From a virus, in IMG/VR virus record IMGVR_UViG_3300034066_002191: 64,000 nt of DNA; one strand, 5' to 3'. The stretch's first letter is position 1, and every line of letters begins with the position of its first letter. The notes beneath the pieces were generated by a model, which worked only from the letters and a program-made list of their open reading frames with translations, made no database searches and was not told where the DNA came from. The position numbers were made by a program, and so were the translations under genes. This document shows positions 57,301 through 64,000 of this stretch, in pieces.

Positions 57301-59225
57301 TTTTCTGTATAATATACCTCGTTTTGATTTAACCCAGAAAAAATATTCAGATTAATTGTATCGCCATTTTGTAGCTCATAAGTATCTGGATTTTGTACAT
57401 AGACAACAGAATCTCCATTCTTAAAATCGTGATTTTGTTCTAATTTTATTGGTAAATTAGAATTATTCAATATTGTAGAGATTCCAACTTTAGAGTTCTC
57501 TATTGGCTGTAATGTGCCAAAAATATCAATAGAAAAATTTCTTTTTTCTATATTTGCATCAATGTAGTCTGGTATTCCTTGTGCCGTAACATAAACATTA
57601 TCTTGTACATCGCCATAGACATTTTGTACATTATTAATAATTTCATTATATAATCTTAGTGCTTTTCTTACATAATATATTTTTGTAATACTATATTGAT
57701 TTGTAACATAAAATGATTTTTTATCCTGTGATATTTGAATTACTGAAAATATATCTTCTTTTATTTTTTGATCATTGCCGTCAAAAAATTGAATGTATAC
57801 CTCATCTAATGGATTTATGAAAGTGACATCATAAGTAAAAACTAGAAGTTGGTCTAATCCAAATTTTTCAAATTTACTCACCAAATGCTTATTTGGAATA
57901 TCTAATATCCAATCATTATATCTAAAATTATTATATGCTTTACCTAAAGTTTTGTAATTTATTATTTCTCCCTTTTCATGGTATTTACTCCCAGAAAAAC
58001 CTTCTAAGTCTCTGATTACACCGAGAAGTCTAACTCTTACTTCTTGGTCATTTATGAGAGAGTAAGCATAAACATTTAGATGTACATCTTCTGATATATC
58101 AATGTCCTCTTCAATATTACAATCAAGAAATTGATTATTGTTTTTGGAATTATATGAGATGATTAAGTCATTTCCTTGCGAACTTCTTACTACAAGCTCT
58201 CCACTATGGGGAAATCCTATAGTGGAATCTACTGTTAATGTATTGGATTGAATTTTTGTATGATTTAATGTTTTTGTTTTTGCATGTATAGCAAAATCGC
58301 CAAAGATACTGCCCCTAACGCTCACATCTTTATCATAATCATAATCTAGACTCAAAATATAATACTTTTTTTGGTCTCTTATGATCTCTTCTACATTTGT
58401 AACTGTAGCAAAAGCTTCAGACAATCCCTGAGATTGTTTTTGGAATAATGTGCGATTATATAATTCTATAGGATTACCTACTATTGACTCTACAACTATG
58501 TCTTTTGTTATCTTATAGTTGGCATCTGATGGTCTAATAAGAAAATCTCTGGGTTTTATTACTTTAGCTAAATCTCCATATATTGCCTTAAACAGGATCT
58601 CAAAAGAACTATCAGTTCCTTTTGTGGAATAAAAATCCTTTGAATGTACAATAAAATTCTTTTCGTTTACTTTTTTATTGTCATCTTTATATAACTCTCT
58701 ATTCTCAAATCCCGGTATAAATTGTTTTTTTAATTTTGCAAAAAATTCTTTTAGAAATAATACACTTAGATTTTCTACTGTAGTATCTTTTTGGTGCTCA
58801 CTGCTAGATGATTCGGAAAAGACCAACTCTTCTGGATTGTTGGAATTTTTATATGAAGTTACCCCACTGAATCCTCTAATGCACTCAAGAAATGTAGTTG
58901 GATTTTTTGATTTATAATAGATAATCTCTTCGTTTATTTTTATAATTCCATTATTTTCTGGAAATCCCTCTGTCGAAGATACTAGTATTTCATTTGATAT
59001 TATATCTAAATTCGAAGTAAGAGTAGTTGATTCAATTAAATTTGTTATATGATCCAATTTTACATATTGGTCTATATTCTGTAAAATATCGTATGTTGAT
59101 CCACTATTATCCAGTGATTTATAATATTCAGATATAAATTCGGATATTAAAGGATACTCTTCTCTAACATATAGAGGAAATTGAGTATCTACAATTGATG
59201 ATATTTTGACTCTTTTAATTGACAT
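51351..59225 (-). CDS. gp7: Baseplate wedge initiator-like protein, N-terminal part
   Basis: DFYSTKGT..SF.ILF, HSPIIGWAYDGNPIYGPYG, LDEFNGR...TPEYPNGTYAYF, DNDYYQYFSY; lies between gp6 and gp8. Confidence 0.8.
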   Translation of the reverse strand: MSIKRVKISSIVDTQFPLYVREEYPLISEFISEYYKSLDNSGSTYDILQNIDQYVKLDHITNLIESTTLTSNLDIISNEILVSSTEGFPENNGIIKINEEIIYYKSKNPTTFLECIRGFSGVTSYKNSNNPEELVFSESSSSEHQKDTTVENLSVLFLKEFFAKLKKQFIPGFENRELYKDDNKKVNEKNFIVHSKDFYSTKGTDSSFEILFKAIYGDLAKVIKPRDFLIRPSDANYKITKDIVVESIVGNPIELYNRTLFQKQSQGLSEAFATVTNVEEIIRDQKKYYILSLDYDYDKDVSVRGSIFGDFAIHAKTKTLNHTKIQSNTLTVDSTIGFPHSGELVVRSSQGNDLIISYNSKNNNQFLDCNIEEDIDISEDVHLNVYAYSLINDQEVRVRLLGVIRDLEGFSGSKYHEKGEIINYKTLGKAYNNFRYNDWILDIPNKHLVSKFEKFGLDQLLVFTYDVTFINPLDEVYIQFFDGNDQKIKEDIFSVIQISQDKKSFYVTNQYSITKIYYVRKALRLYNEIINNVQNVYGDVQDNVYVTAQGIPDYIDANIEKRNFSIDIFGTLQPIENSKVGISTILNNSNLPIKLEQNHDFKNGDSVVYVQNPDTYELQNGDTINLNIFSGLNQNEVYYTENVDDDELRLFKNRSDIYFSRYSPITFNRIYSSRNLKEILYSDLDKIELLASNYFFQKNEFVIIFDDAKNIEVWYYIYKENAWEKINSQISGGLYPKTYLTESKELKEIKNIDLIKKISLPEQVDILEETTPGTTGILMNGVEILNYKTNDFLYYGNIEKVDIVSNGEDYDIINLPTIEVSPGLSTANVAKVYPEVNGILEKIDLLDGGFDYIEEPKIKVLGGNGSGAQAKANLITFTHEVEFIPSINFVNLSTNTISFSTYHKFRDYEEVIYETNGNSAIVGLVTSSTYFATVEDDYTIKLYETKINALSGLEINLTSYGTGTQKIIAKQKKSKIGSISIINQGKNYRNNYVSVPSSGINTYRNVIVANNHGYLTGDVVSYVCTGINPIGFSSSTYYVNRVDENEFQIYPVGVGSTAKDAYFKTNQFLNLIDSGIGTHIFRHEPISVEIDGLTGISSYSKELHQAKIIPVFRGNITNVYVENGGIGYGSSDIINYKKQPNFNIKIGKNAQLQANILNGVVKEVYVLNEGSDYYSIPDLIVSGTGTGCILSPVLEDGKIKGVIVVSGGYGYEQKNTSIEIVTYGKNATFEAKIKSWQINYASRIINSNNLNSPDDGVLYFNEYDVIKYCHVYCPNKLRQKIYSKFLDERGNTIVRPDYENSISTIKYHSPIIGWAYDGNPIYGPYGYDDPNIVGKVRKMKSGYKLNPTLDLDIRPPEKINDKFIFPNGFFIEDYEYIGNEDLDEFNGRYCITPEYPNGTYAYFSTLSADDDFVPEFPYFIGNYYKSKKIDHNFQPNISQNTFDYFSTRLLRNTHFYFVDSKNSSYDFLSNPNKEISQNSKIVSVEYSSLDSIGILTSGENYSVGDSINFDNFGTEGNDASAIVGSVEGKKILEIKNDNYSISDVELVRIKNSPFVLGLSTAPHLLEDFDFVSIVGNNDLSISNKINQYSQIGVSSNSLILSSGIGDASQTGIITDFAVIGILDESSIIENDYYKIEDETVKILRIHPNDLKITVLRDPIGAAHTATTKLTELTRKFYFNCVDEYASENRNREIYFDPKKVVGFGTTASSLVEVYYSGIGTTSISISPGNLYLKNHNLSDNTNLNYYTNGGNSIQVSNGSTTFELDQMTSLYAIKVSDDFIGVSSTRVAIGTELNYVSTVTNKYPFLYFVGYGTGGNHSFRVNNNTVRAKIQKNISTVSTASTHGLNLGDRVNLNIISGISTTIKIKYNDRNRRLISGEKQFSGIDTSNSIFTIPNHGYYTGQSLIYNSNLPSPELDDDSIYYVSVVDGDRLKLSKSYHDAFISDKPINITESSFGNLKEINSSLDIIVGQKIIFDLSDFSLSFNDGLQNKSAFSFDLYKDPNYNEKYYYNGNGILEVIKIGNVGIDSGARLELNTTELTPIKLYYRLTPVIDNSLPEIKNEIYIEDTIIKNNSVNIFGSEYSGVHIITGIGSTAFNYQLQYLPEIEKYDVNNSSMSYSTNSKTAFGGIYDIKLISGGSKYKKLPGITTITSNYGKNSIIFPISSSIGKIKSTEINDIGYDYSIDPTIRPTVNFPTVVKIDPFSTIDSIVCTYIGKDYNYSPDLLVVDQVTNEVVNDIILEFDHISGSVLIIKNSNGFSNTEPKIIPINNSNGVGINSLSYDPLLKRVTAYLEKEYTDTNSLPISINDKVLVENTSIIETDSNYIGYNSSEYEYNYFTITGITTSIGENKAYVYYDMTDFLSDAKQLGTYNTINSKGSIIPEKNIPKFKTTIKLNSYLAGETVESNSSYGVVNNWSDKTGYAKIQTISDFNVDSLLIGKTSGAIGKITEVIQTESTYNIDYYSIRNKGWQTTTGFLNQNNQRIPDNDYYQYFSYSVKSRIPLEKWSEIVDSTTHTVGFKKFGDLSVESDAIGISGISTTQDQGSYDAISDLNTVIDLECKYDFDLGIESNVFNLNGQLSSDEIAFNSTKLQDHSQSIGNRVLTIDDISNQFNTTQRSTLVTAINI

Positions 59226-61141
59226 TACTTTCTTACTAGATTATTTTCAGTGTAACTTAAGGATGAAATGTAGCGAGACCCAGATATGTCTTCACCAGAT
59301 GTAATCTGATCTGCAACCATGTTTATGGTTGTATTATTAATATCTAGTTGCAAATATAAATCCTGTAATCCAATTACATCATTTGATCTTGGGATTGCAG
59401 AAAGTTCTATAATTGGATTCCCACCAAAATTTTTACTAGTGGACACTATTTCTAAGGGAGATGTAATTATTTCTCCTTTAATGTAATCTATTGTTCCAAT
59501 ATTTCGCCTTAATATTTGTGGTTCTTGTGGTCCAATCAATTTAAATAAGACCAACTCTCCAAAGTCTTTATTTGTTTGGCCTGGAACATCAGAAATGTAT
59601 ACGGTATCAGAAAAATCTCTAATTCTAAATCCAGATGTTTGGATGTTATATCCATCACAATTTCTCACGAAGAAAGAATTACCAAAACATATCTCATATA
59701 TTGTTGGTTGATATAATAATACAGAGAGATCTCTCCTGATCCTGATTCTTGTGATATTTGATGTTATTGCTAAATTACTTTCGTCAATTAGCTTTTGGTA
59801 CTTACTATACTTAAATCTAGATCCATACTGATTGAGATCATTTGATTTGGAATATAATGTGATATTTTCTGTAATCTGTGTTAATATGTCATTCACATTT
59901 GAAGTCAAATTTTTATTATAATATACATCAGAATCGGTTTCTATGTACAAATACTTCAAATCTATGATTTCTGGTAATATTCCGGCAACGCTGTATTTCT
60001 TTAGTTCATTTTTTATATTATCTTTTATCGTATTTGACAAAAAAGTTCCATTAAATTTTGGTTTTATTGCGATAAATACTTTTCCATATTGTGGGGGATC
60101 CAATTCTTCTCCGCCATATGCACATACTGATTCTGCTTCTGGATATATTTTACCTATAATAGATTCATAGTCAGATGAAGTGACGGCTCTATTGTATGCG
60201 GAATAAAGTCTTGGGGCATATTTTTTTATTGAACTAATAGACTCCTTTTCTAAACCGCCATCAGAAATAACATTCGTTGTCACCAATGAAACTTCTCCAT
60301 TTAGAACAGAATTCGTATCATCTGTAATTTTTCCTATAAAATTAAACGAAGAGATTCTATTTGCTGCTTCACCGCTTGAAATTAGATAGGATGCTTCTAT
60401 TAAATTTCCAGATTCTAATTTCTGTCCAAATATGCCATCACCAAAAATTAATTCATATCTTTCGTCTTCTACTTCTTGAAGGAAATATATTTTAGAATTT
60501 TGATTTATTCCAATGATATTTTCAGACAATACGAATGGTCTTCTTACCGAACTTTGTTGGGAGTCTTTTACTGTTATACTAATCGTTGATGCATCAATAT
60601 TTGCATTATTTAAAATAAATTTCTGATTTACATTCAATGAATCGACCAAAAAATTAGAAACCATATAGGTTCCTTCATAAATGGTGACATCTTCGAAAAG
60701 TGCAACATTATCCGTTACAGGAACAGTTATATCATCTAATATACAAAAAGTATAACTCTCCGAATATATGTTTACTGGGGATGTGCAAACTACGCCCTTT
60801 TTTAAAGTTAAGTATCTTGGGATTTTTGTGCTAGTAGACAGATCCACGAAAAAGCTTATATTCGCCTTTGATGAAGTTCTCGATTTTGGTAAGTATCCTA
60901 TATTTTTTACTAAAGATACTACATTCTCTCTGAGTGTTGCCGAATCAATGAAAACTTCATTACTAACCATATTTGCATTATAGGAAGCAATATAAGTGTT
61001 ATACGCAAGAACATCTATAATGGTAGAAAGGTTAGAGCCTTCAAAATCGTAGTCAGTAAAATTAGAGTTTGCCCTTAGGTGATCTCTAATTGAGACTTTA
61101 ATCTGATCAAAATCTAAATTTGTGAAATTTACTAAAGACAT
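59225..61141 (-). CDS. gp6: Baseplate wedge subunit
   Basis: LDFDQIK, FTDYDFEGS, LAYNT, FIDSATLRENVVS, RAVT..DY, GKVFIAIKP. Confidence 0.95.
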   Translation of the reverse strand: MSLVNFTNLDFDQIKVSIRDHLRANSNFTDYDFEGSNLSTIIDVLAYNTYIASYNANMVSNEVFIDSATLRENVVSLVKNIGYLPKSRTSSKANISFFVDLSTSTKIPRYLTLKKGVVCTSPVNIYSESYTFCILDDITVPVTDNVALFEDVTIYEGTYMVSNFLVDSLNVNQKFILNNANIDASTISITVKDSQQSSVRRPFVLSENIIGINQNSKIYFLQEVEDERYELIFGDGIFGQKLESGNLIEASYLISSGEAANRISSFNFIGKITDDTNSVLNGEVSLVTTNVISDGGLEKESISSIKKYAPRLYSAYNRAVTSSDYESIIGKIYPEAESVCAYGGEELDPPQYGKVFIAIKPKFNGTFLSNTIKDNIKNELKKYSVAGILPEIIDLKYLYIETDSDVYYNKNLTSNVNDILTQITENITLYSKSNDLNQYGSRFKYSKYQKLIDESNLAITSNITRIRIRRDLSVLLYQPTIYEICFGNSFFVRNCDGYNIQTSGFRIRDFSDTVYISDVPGQTNKDFGELVLFKLIGPQEPQILRRNIGTIDYIKGEIITSPLEIVSTSKNFGGNPIIELSAIPRSNDVIGLQDLYLQLDINNTTINMVADQITSGEDISGSRYISSLSYTENNLVRK

Positions 61142-61543
61142 TTATCTTGTTGGTAATAGTGCGAATGATAACTGTTGTGGTAAGGCATCAATACCTATGA
61201 TGTCATATGTAATAGTAACATCAAATTGATTCTGATCGTAGTCTGGATTGACCTCTACGGACCTCAAATTCACTCTGGGCTCATAATTATTGATTGTAGT
61301 TCTTATTTCATCTTGAATACTTGCTGCAGTTAGATCATCCATATTTTCAAAGAGTAACTTATTCACATTAGAGCCAAGATTTTGGTCAAAAAACCTTTCG
61401 CCTCGGATAGTCAGTACCAAATTTCTAACTGATCTTGCTATTGCAGTTTCATTTTTAATGCCAATAAGGTCATAAGTAAGAGGATTTACTTGGAAAGACA
61501 TGCTAATGTCTTTAAATTCTTTACTTATTCGTTCTATTGGCAT
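61142..61543 (-). CDS. gp25: Baseplate wedge subunit / sheath initiator
   Basis: AIARSVRNLVLT..GERFF...GS, NYEPRV; AATAAATA at 61565-72 upstream. Confidence 0.93.
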   Translation of the reverse strand: MPIERISKEFKDISMSFQVNPLTYDLIGIKNETAIARSVRNLVLTIRGERFFDQNLGSNVNKLLFENMDDLTAASIQDEIRTTINNYEPRVNLRSVEVNPDYDQNQFDVTITYDIIGIDALPQQLSFALLPTR

Positions 61544-61567
61544 TTATTTTATGTTTTTCTATCTTAT

Positions 61568-61825
61568 TTATTCATATTTTTTGAATTCATATAGTGGTTC
61601 TGTTCCATATTCCCAATCATCGTAGTCATCATCATTACGAATATTAGAATGCAATTCATTTTGTGAGATAAAATCGTGTTTTTTGGGAGTCAACTCGTCA
61701 TTTGAGATCTCACGGAGCATTTTTTGTCTTTCGAGTTTGCTTTCCCACCCATAATCACTTGATAAGTATTCAGTTCCCCACATATTCATCATGTATTCTC
61801 TATCTTTGTCTACTTTTTTGGTCAT
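61568..61825 (-). CDS. Conserved hypothetical protein
   Basis: 85 aa, acidic DDYDDWEYGTEP. Confidence 0.75.
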   Translation of the reverse strand: MTKKVDKDREYMMNMWGTEYLSSDYGWESKLERQKMLREISNDELTPKKHDFISQNELHSNIRNDDDYDDWEYGTEPLYEFKKYE

Positions 61826-61868
61826 TTTTGCTCTTGATTAGTGAAAATCAGAACTTTTTATGGGGTTG

Positions 61869-62321
61869 CTATCCCATGTCAATCAAATCGTAGTCATCTT
61901 CCAATATTTCTTTTAAATATTCGGTATCCCAAAGAGAATAGTACTCTGTTTTTGCTAATTTTTCTCTAAATTTTCTTAATTTCTCATTCGGTTGAGCTAA
62001 AATTAAGTTATATTTTCCATTATTTGTTTTGATTCCGTTAATATAAGTGTCATATGTTGCACAATCCTCAAAAAATTTCCAAGATTCATACTTTTTATTG
62101 TAAAATTTCACCCAATTTTGAACCTGATCCAGATTTAGATCATCTTCAACAATAAAAATAACTACATCATACCCCTCAACGGGTGCTATATTCTTTACAT
62201 CAGTATCTATAATCTCATAAAGGGCCGATCGGGCATAAGGGCACACAGCAAATCCACTCAATTCCGGACGAATCTTAGATATTTCTTTAATCCAGTTTAA
62301 AATATAATCTTTTTTGGACAT
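61869..62321 (-). CDS. Hypothetical protein (DUF1415-like CPYA motif)
   Basis: W....S....LSGFAVCPYA, L....REKL.KT.YY..W. Confidence 0.65.
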   Translation of the reverse strand: MSKKDYILNWIKEISKIRPELSGFAVCPYARSALYEIIDTDVKNIAPVEGYDVVIFIVEDDLNLDQVQNWVKFYNKKYESWKFFEDCATYDTYINGIKTNNGKYNLILAQPNEKLRKFREKLAKTEYYSLWDTEYLKEILEDDYDLIDMG

Positions 62322-62344
62322 AAAAAAGGAGCCATAAGACTCCT
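62322..62344 (-). terminator. Hairpin plus U-tract abutting the next ATG
   Basis: AGGAGTC-TTAT-GGCTCCT-TTTTT-ATG. Confidence 0.65.
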
Positions 62345-62360
62345 AATAACTTTATTCTAT

Positions 62361-62504
62361 TTAAGTCCCTTGCCCTCGGCTAGGCTTTCGAGCTTTGTTC
62401 CTGCTCGTTGCAGCAAATTTTGTATGTTTTCCATTTCCCTGTCGGGATTTTTTGGGTTTGGACTCAATGCGTTCTGCACCACTCAGAGTTTTAATTTTTG
62501 CCAT
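62361..62504 (-). CDS. Small, very basic protein; absent from the ORF track
   Basis: MAKIKTLSGAERIESKPKKSRQGNGKHTKFAATSRNKARKPSRGQGT* (47 aa); SD GGAGG; TAATG overlap with the upstream ORF. Confidence 0.8.
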   Translation of the reverse strand: MAKIKTLSGAERIESKPKKSRQGNGKHTKFAATSRNKARKPSRGQGT

Positions 62505-62644
62505 TAGACTTCCTCCAATTCAATTTCATTTGCATCAATTTCGCCATTATAAGACTTTTCGGCGAGTTCGAAAAGAATTTCTGTAGATTCTTCTTCTGTG
62601 AGATTCGTATAAATTTTTCTTCCTTTATAAAGAATGTTGATCAT
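62504..62644 (-). CDS. Small acidic protein; absent from the ORF track
   Basis: MINILYKGRKIYTNLTEEESTEILFELAEKSYNGEIDANEIELEEV* (46 aa); ATGA overlap with the glycosyltransferase stop. Confidence 0.78.
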   Translation of the reverse strand: MINILYKGRKIYTNLTEEESTEILFELAEKSYNGEIDANEIELEEV

Positions 62645-63411
62645 ATCACACGAATTTTTTCATGTCCTACACGAATACGAGGATCGCACCAAATTTCAAA
62701 TCCAGCTTCTTTTGCATCGAGACAGAATGAAACATCTTCTCCACACATGTCTTGAACTGCACCAGATTCAAAAACTTGCATCTTTGGTGCAAACCAAGGA
62801 TATTCAAGATTTTCAAATACACCTTTCTTGATCAGAACCCAACCAAAGCCAGTGTAATCAACTGTGAATGGCTTACGACGCTTACTGATGCTTTCTACTG
62901 TCTCGTGATTCATAACTCCACCATTTTGGCGGAATTCTTCTTCTTCGAGCCAATGAGCAACTGATGTAGTACGACCATCTTCTGTTGCATACCAACCGGC
63001 AACAACTTCTTTCTCTTCTCCTTCTTCGCCTAGAGCAAGATCGCAGAGCTGCCAAAATTTTTCACTATTGAAAACGATATCACTATCAATCCATAATTGA
63101 TAATCATATTCTAGTTTTCCGTCCCAGGGCTCTTGCTTTGGTCCACGGAGGACATTTGCTCCTAGACATTTACAACGAGCAAAGTTTACCATGGATGAGT
63201 AGTCTTGTGAGATTTGAATACTCATTCCATTTTGTACAATATCAAAGCATAATTGTACAAATGACTTTAAGAAAGTAAAAGAACATCCTCGTCCTGGTAG
63301 ACAAAAGACAATACTTTTACCTCTCATTCGTTCTTTAATTTTTTCATAATCCCATTCTTCTGTTTTTTCTTTAATGGGAGAATTTGCCTTTACTGTAAAA
63401 CCTTTTGCCAT
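62641..63411 (-). CDS. GT-A fold (GT2-like) glycosyltransferase
   Basis: LWIDSD (DxD), TGFGWVLIKKGVFE, GEDVSFC, VGH. Confidence 0.8.
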   Translation of the reverse strand: MAKGFTVKANSPIKEKTEEWDYEKIKERMRGKSIVFCLPGRGCSFTFLKSFVQLCFDIVQNGMSIQISQDYSSMVNFARCKCLGANVLRGPKQEPWDGKLEYDYQLWIDSDIVFNSEKFWQLCDLALGEEGEEKEVVAGWYATEDGRTTSVAHWLEEEEFRQNGGVMNHETVESISKRRKPFTVDYTGFGWVLIKKGVFENLEYPWFAPKMQVFESGAVQDMCGEDVSFCLDAKEAGFEIWCDPRIRVGHEKIRVI

Positions 63412-63434
63412 GGATTAAAATAAACTCCAACTCA

Positions 63435-63463
63435 ATTGTAGCGTCCTATTTAGCTTTTGTCAA
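63435..63463 (-). promoter_or_regulatory. sigma70 promoter with a nested late-promoter-like motif
   Basis: TTGACA-N17-TACAAT with CTAAATA inside the spacer. Confidence 0.7.
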
Positions 63464-63645
63464 TAAGAGGAATTCAGAACCAATTCCTTGTTTGTCATCA
63501 CTTCTTCATATTGTATGTCGTTCTCTTCGATCTCAGTAAGCCAAGTCAGCTTTTGCACGAAATCCCATAATTTGTCAAAGTCTTCCTCAGGTATCGAATG
63601 ATATAAGCATATATTCTTTACATATATGTGATAAATTTTGTTCAT
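63460..63645 (-). CDS. Small acidic hypothetical protein, similar to 62504-62644
   Basis: 61 aa; YHIYVK...LY.SI.EE...EIEENDIQYEEV. Confidence 0.75.
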   Translation of the reverse strand: MNKIYHIYVKNICLYHSIPEEDFDKLWDFVQKLTWLTEIEENDIQYEEVMTNKELVLNSSY

Positions 63646-63653
63646 TAGGTATT

Positions 63654-63845
63654 TTATCTTGTCGCATTATATATCATCACTAAAAGAAATCCGATTGGCA
63701 GACCAATCAATTTCATGCAAGTTTTCGGATAACGAATTAACCAACCAGCAAACACAACCTTCCAAAAGTTCCAATAAGGTTTTGGGCGATTTTTTTGGCG
63801 GCGGATTTTTTTGAGGGAGATTGTTTTTGTGTTTGTTTTTAGCAT
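63654..63845 (-). CDS. Small putative membrane protein
   Basis: Basic N-terminus, YWNFWKVVFAGWLIRYP, C-terminal hydrophobic segment. Confidence 0.65.
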   Translation of the reverse strand: MLKTNTKTISLKKIRRQKNRPKPYWNFWKVVFAGWLIRYPKTCMKLIGLPIGFLLVMIYNATR

Positions 63846-63852
63846 GAGGTCT

Positions 63853-63970
63853 GGGGATTTTTTATGGGGGGGGGGATTTTTTATGGGGGGGGGGATTTTT
63901 TTATGGGGGGGGGATTTTTTTATGGGGGGGGATTTTTTTATGGGGGGGGATTTTTTTTTGATTTTTTTAT
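63853..63970. repeat. Tandem array of G(n)-A-T(m)-AT units
   Basis: G-runs of 4, 10, 10, 9, 8 and 8 separated by A-T(6-7)-AT linkers. Confidence 0.9.
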
Positions 63971-64000
63971 TCGTTTTATACTTATGAGTCGAGTGTATAT

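Noticed and set aside
1441-62964. Many plus-strand ORFs of 60-150 aa
   Set aside because: All are antisense shadows of well-supported minus-strand genes, with no recognisable motifs.
63853-63970. Possible CRISPR array
   Set aside because: Units are homopolymer runs with no unique spacers, and there are no cas genes.
1-64000. Genome-wide stop-codon reassignment as the cause of the split genes
   Set aside because: Core genes are full length in code 11 and end normally at TAA, TGA or TAG; only one in-frame single-stop split was seen.
1-64000. tRNA genes
   Set aside because: No cloverleaf or T-loop pattern found by eye in the short intergenic regions; tRNAscan-SE would confirm.

Overview
A 64-kb segment of an AT-rich T4-like myophage genome. 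Gene content and order match T4-like cyanophages (Kyanoviridae-like); the host is inferred, not shown. Essentially all genes are on the minus strand. In transcription order (right to left): a G/T-homopolymer repeat array, small conserved ORFs and a GT2-like glycosyltransferase; baseplate genes (gp25, gp6, a gp7-like gene split by one in-frame TAA, gp8); a DUF4815/VrlC-like virion gene split in two around a SET-domain methyltransferase, with a GC-rich poly-Gly tail on the first half; neck, tail, packaging and head genes (gp13-gp23, gp3) with candidate internal head proteins; uvsY/uvsW; gp55, gp47, gp46; the CobT/CobS-like VWA-MoxR pair; gp45/44/62, regA, hsp20, gp43, uvsX and a partial gp41. 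I saw no tRNA, CRISPR array, intein, intron or transposase. The most interesting features are: (1) an antisense consensus sigma70 promoter, AT-rich tract and two abutting GAA-triloop palindromes at 15.73-15.90 kb (origin or ncRNA candidate); (2) the SET gene inside the split virion gene; (3) the single-stop gp7 split; (4) candidate capsid-targeted, gp21-processed cargo proteins; (5) an unannotated NblA-like ORF; (6) a frameshifted relic of an alternative C-terminus. All family assignments come from motif recognition and synteny; no database search was run.
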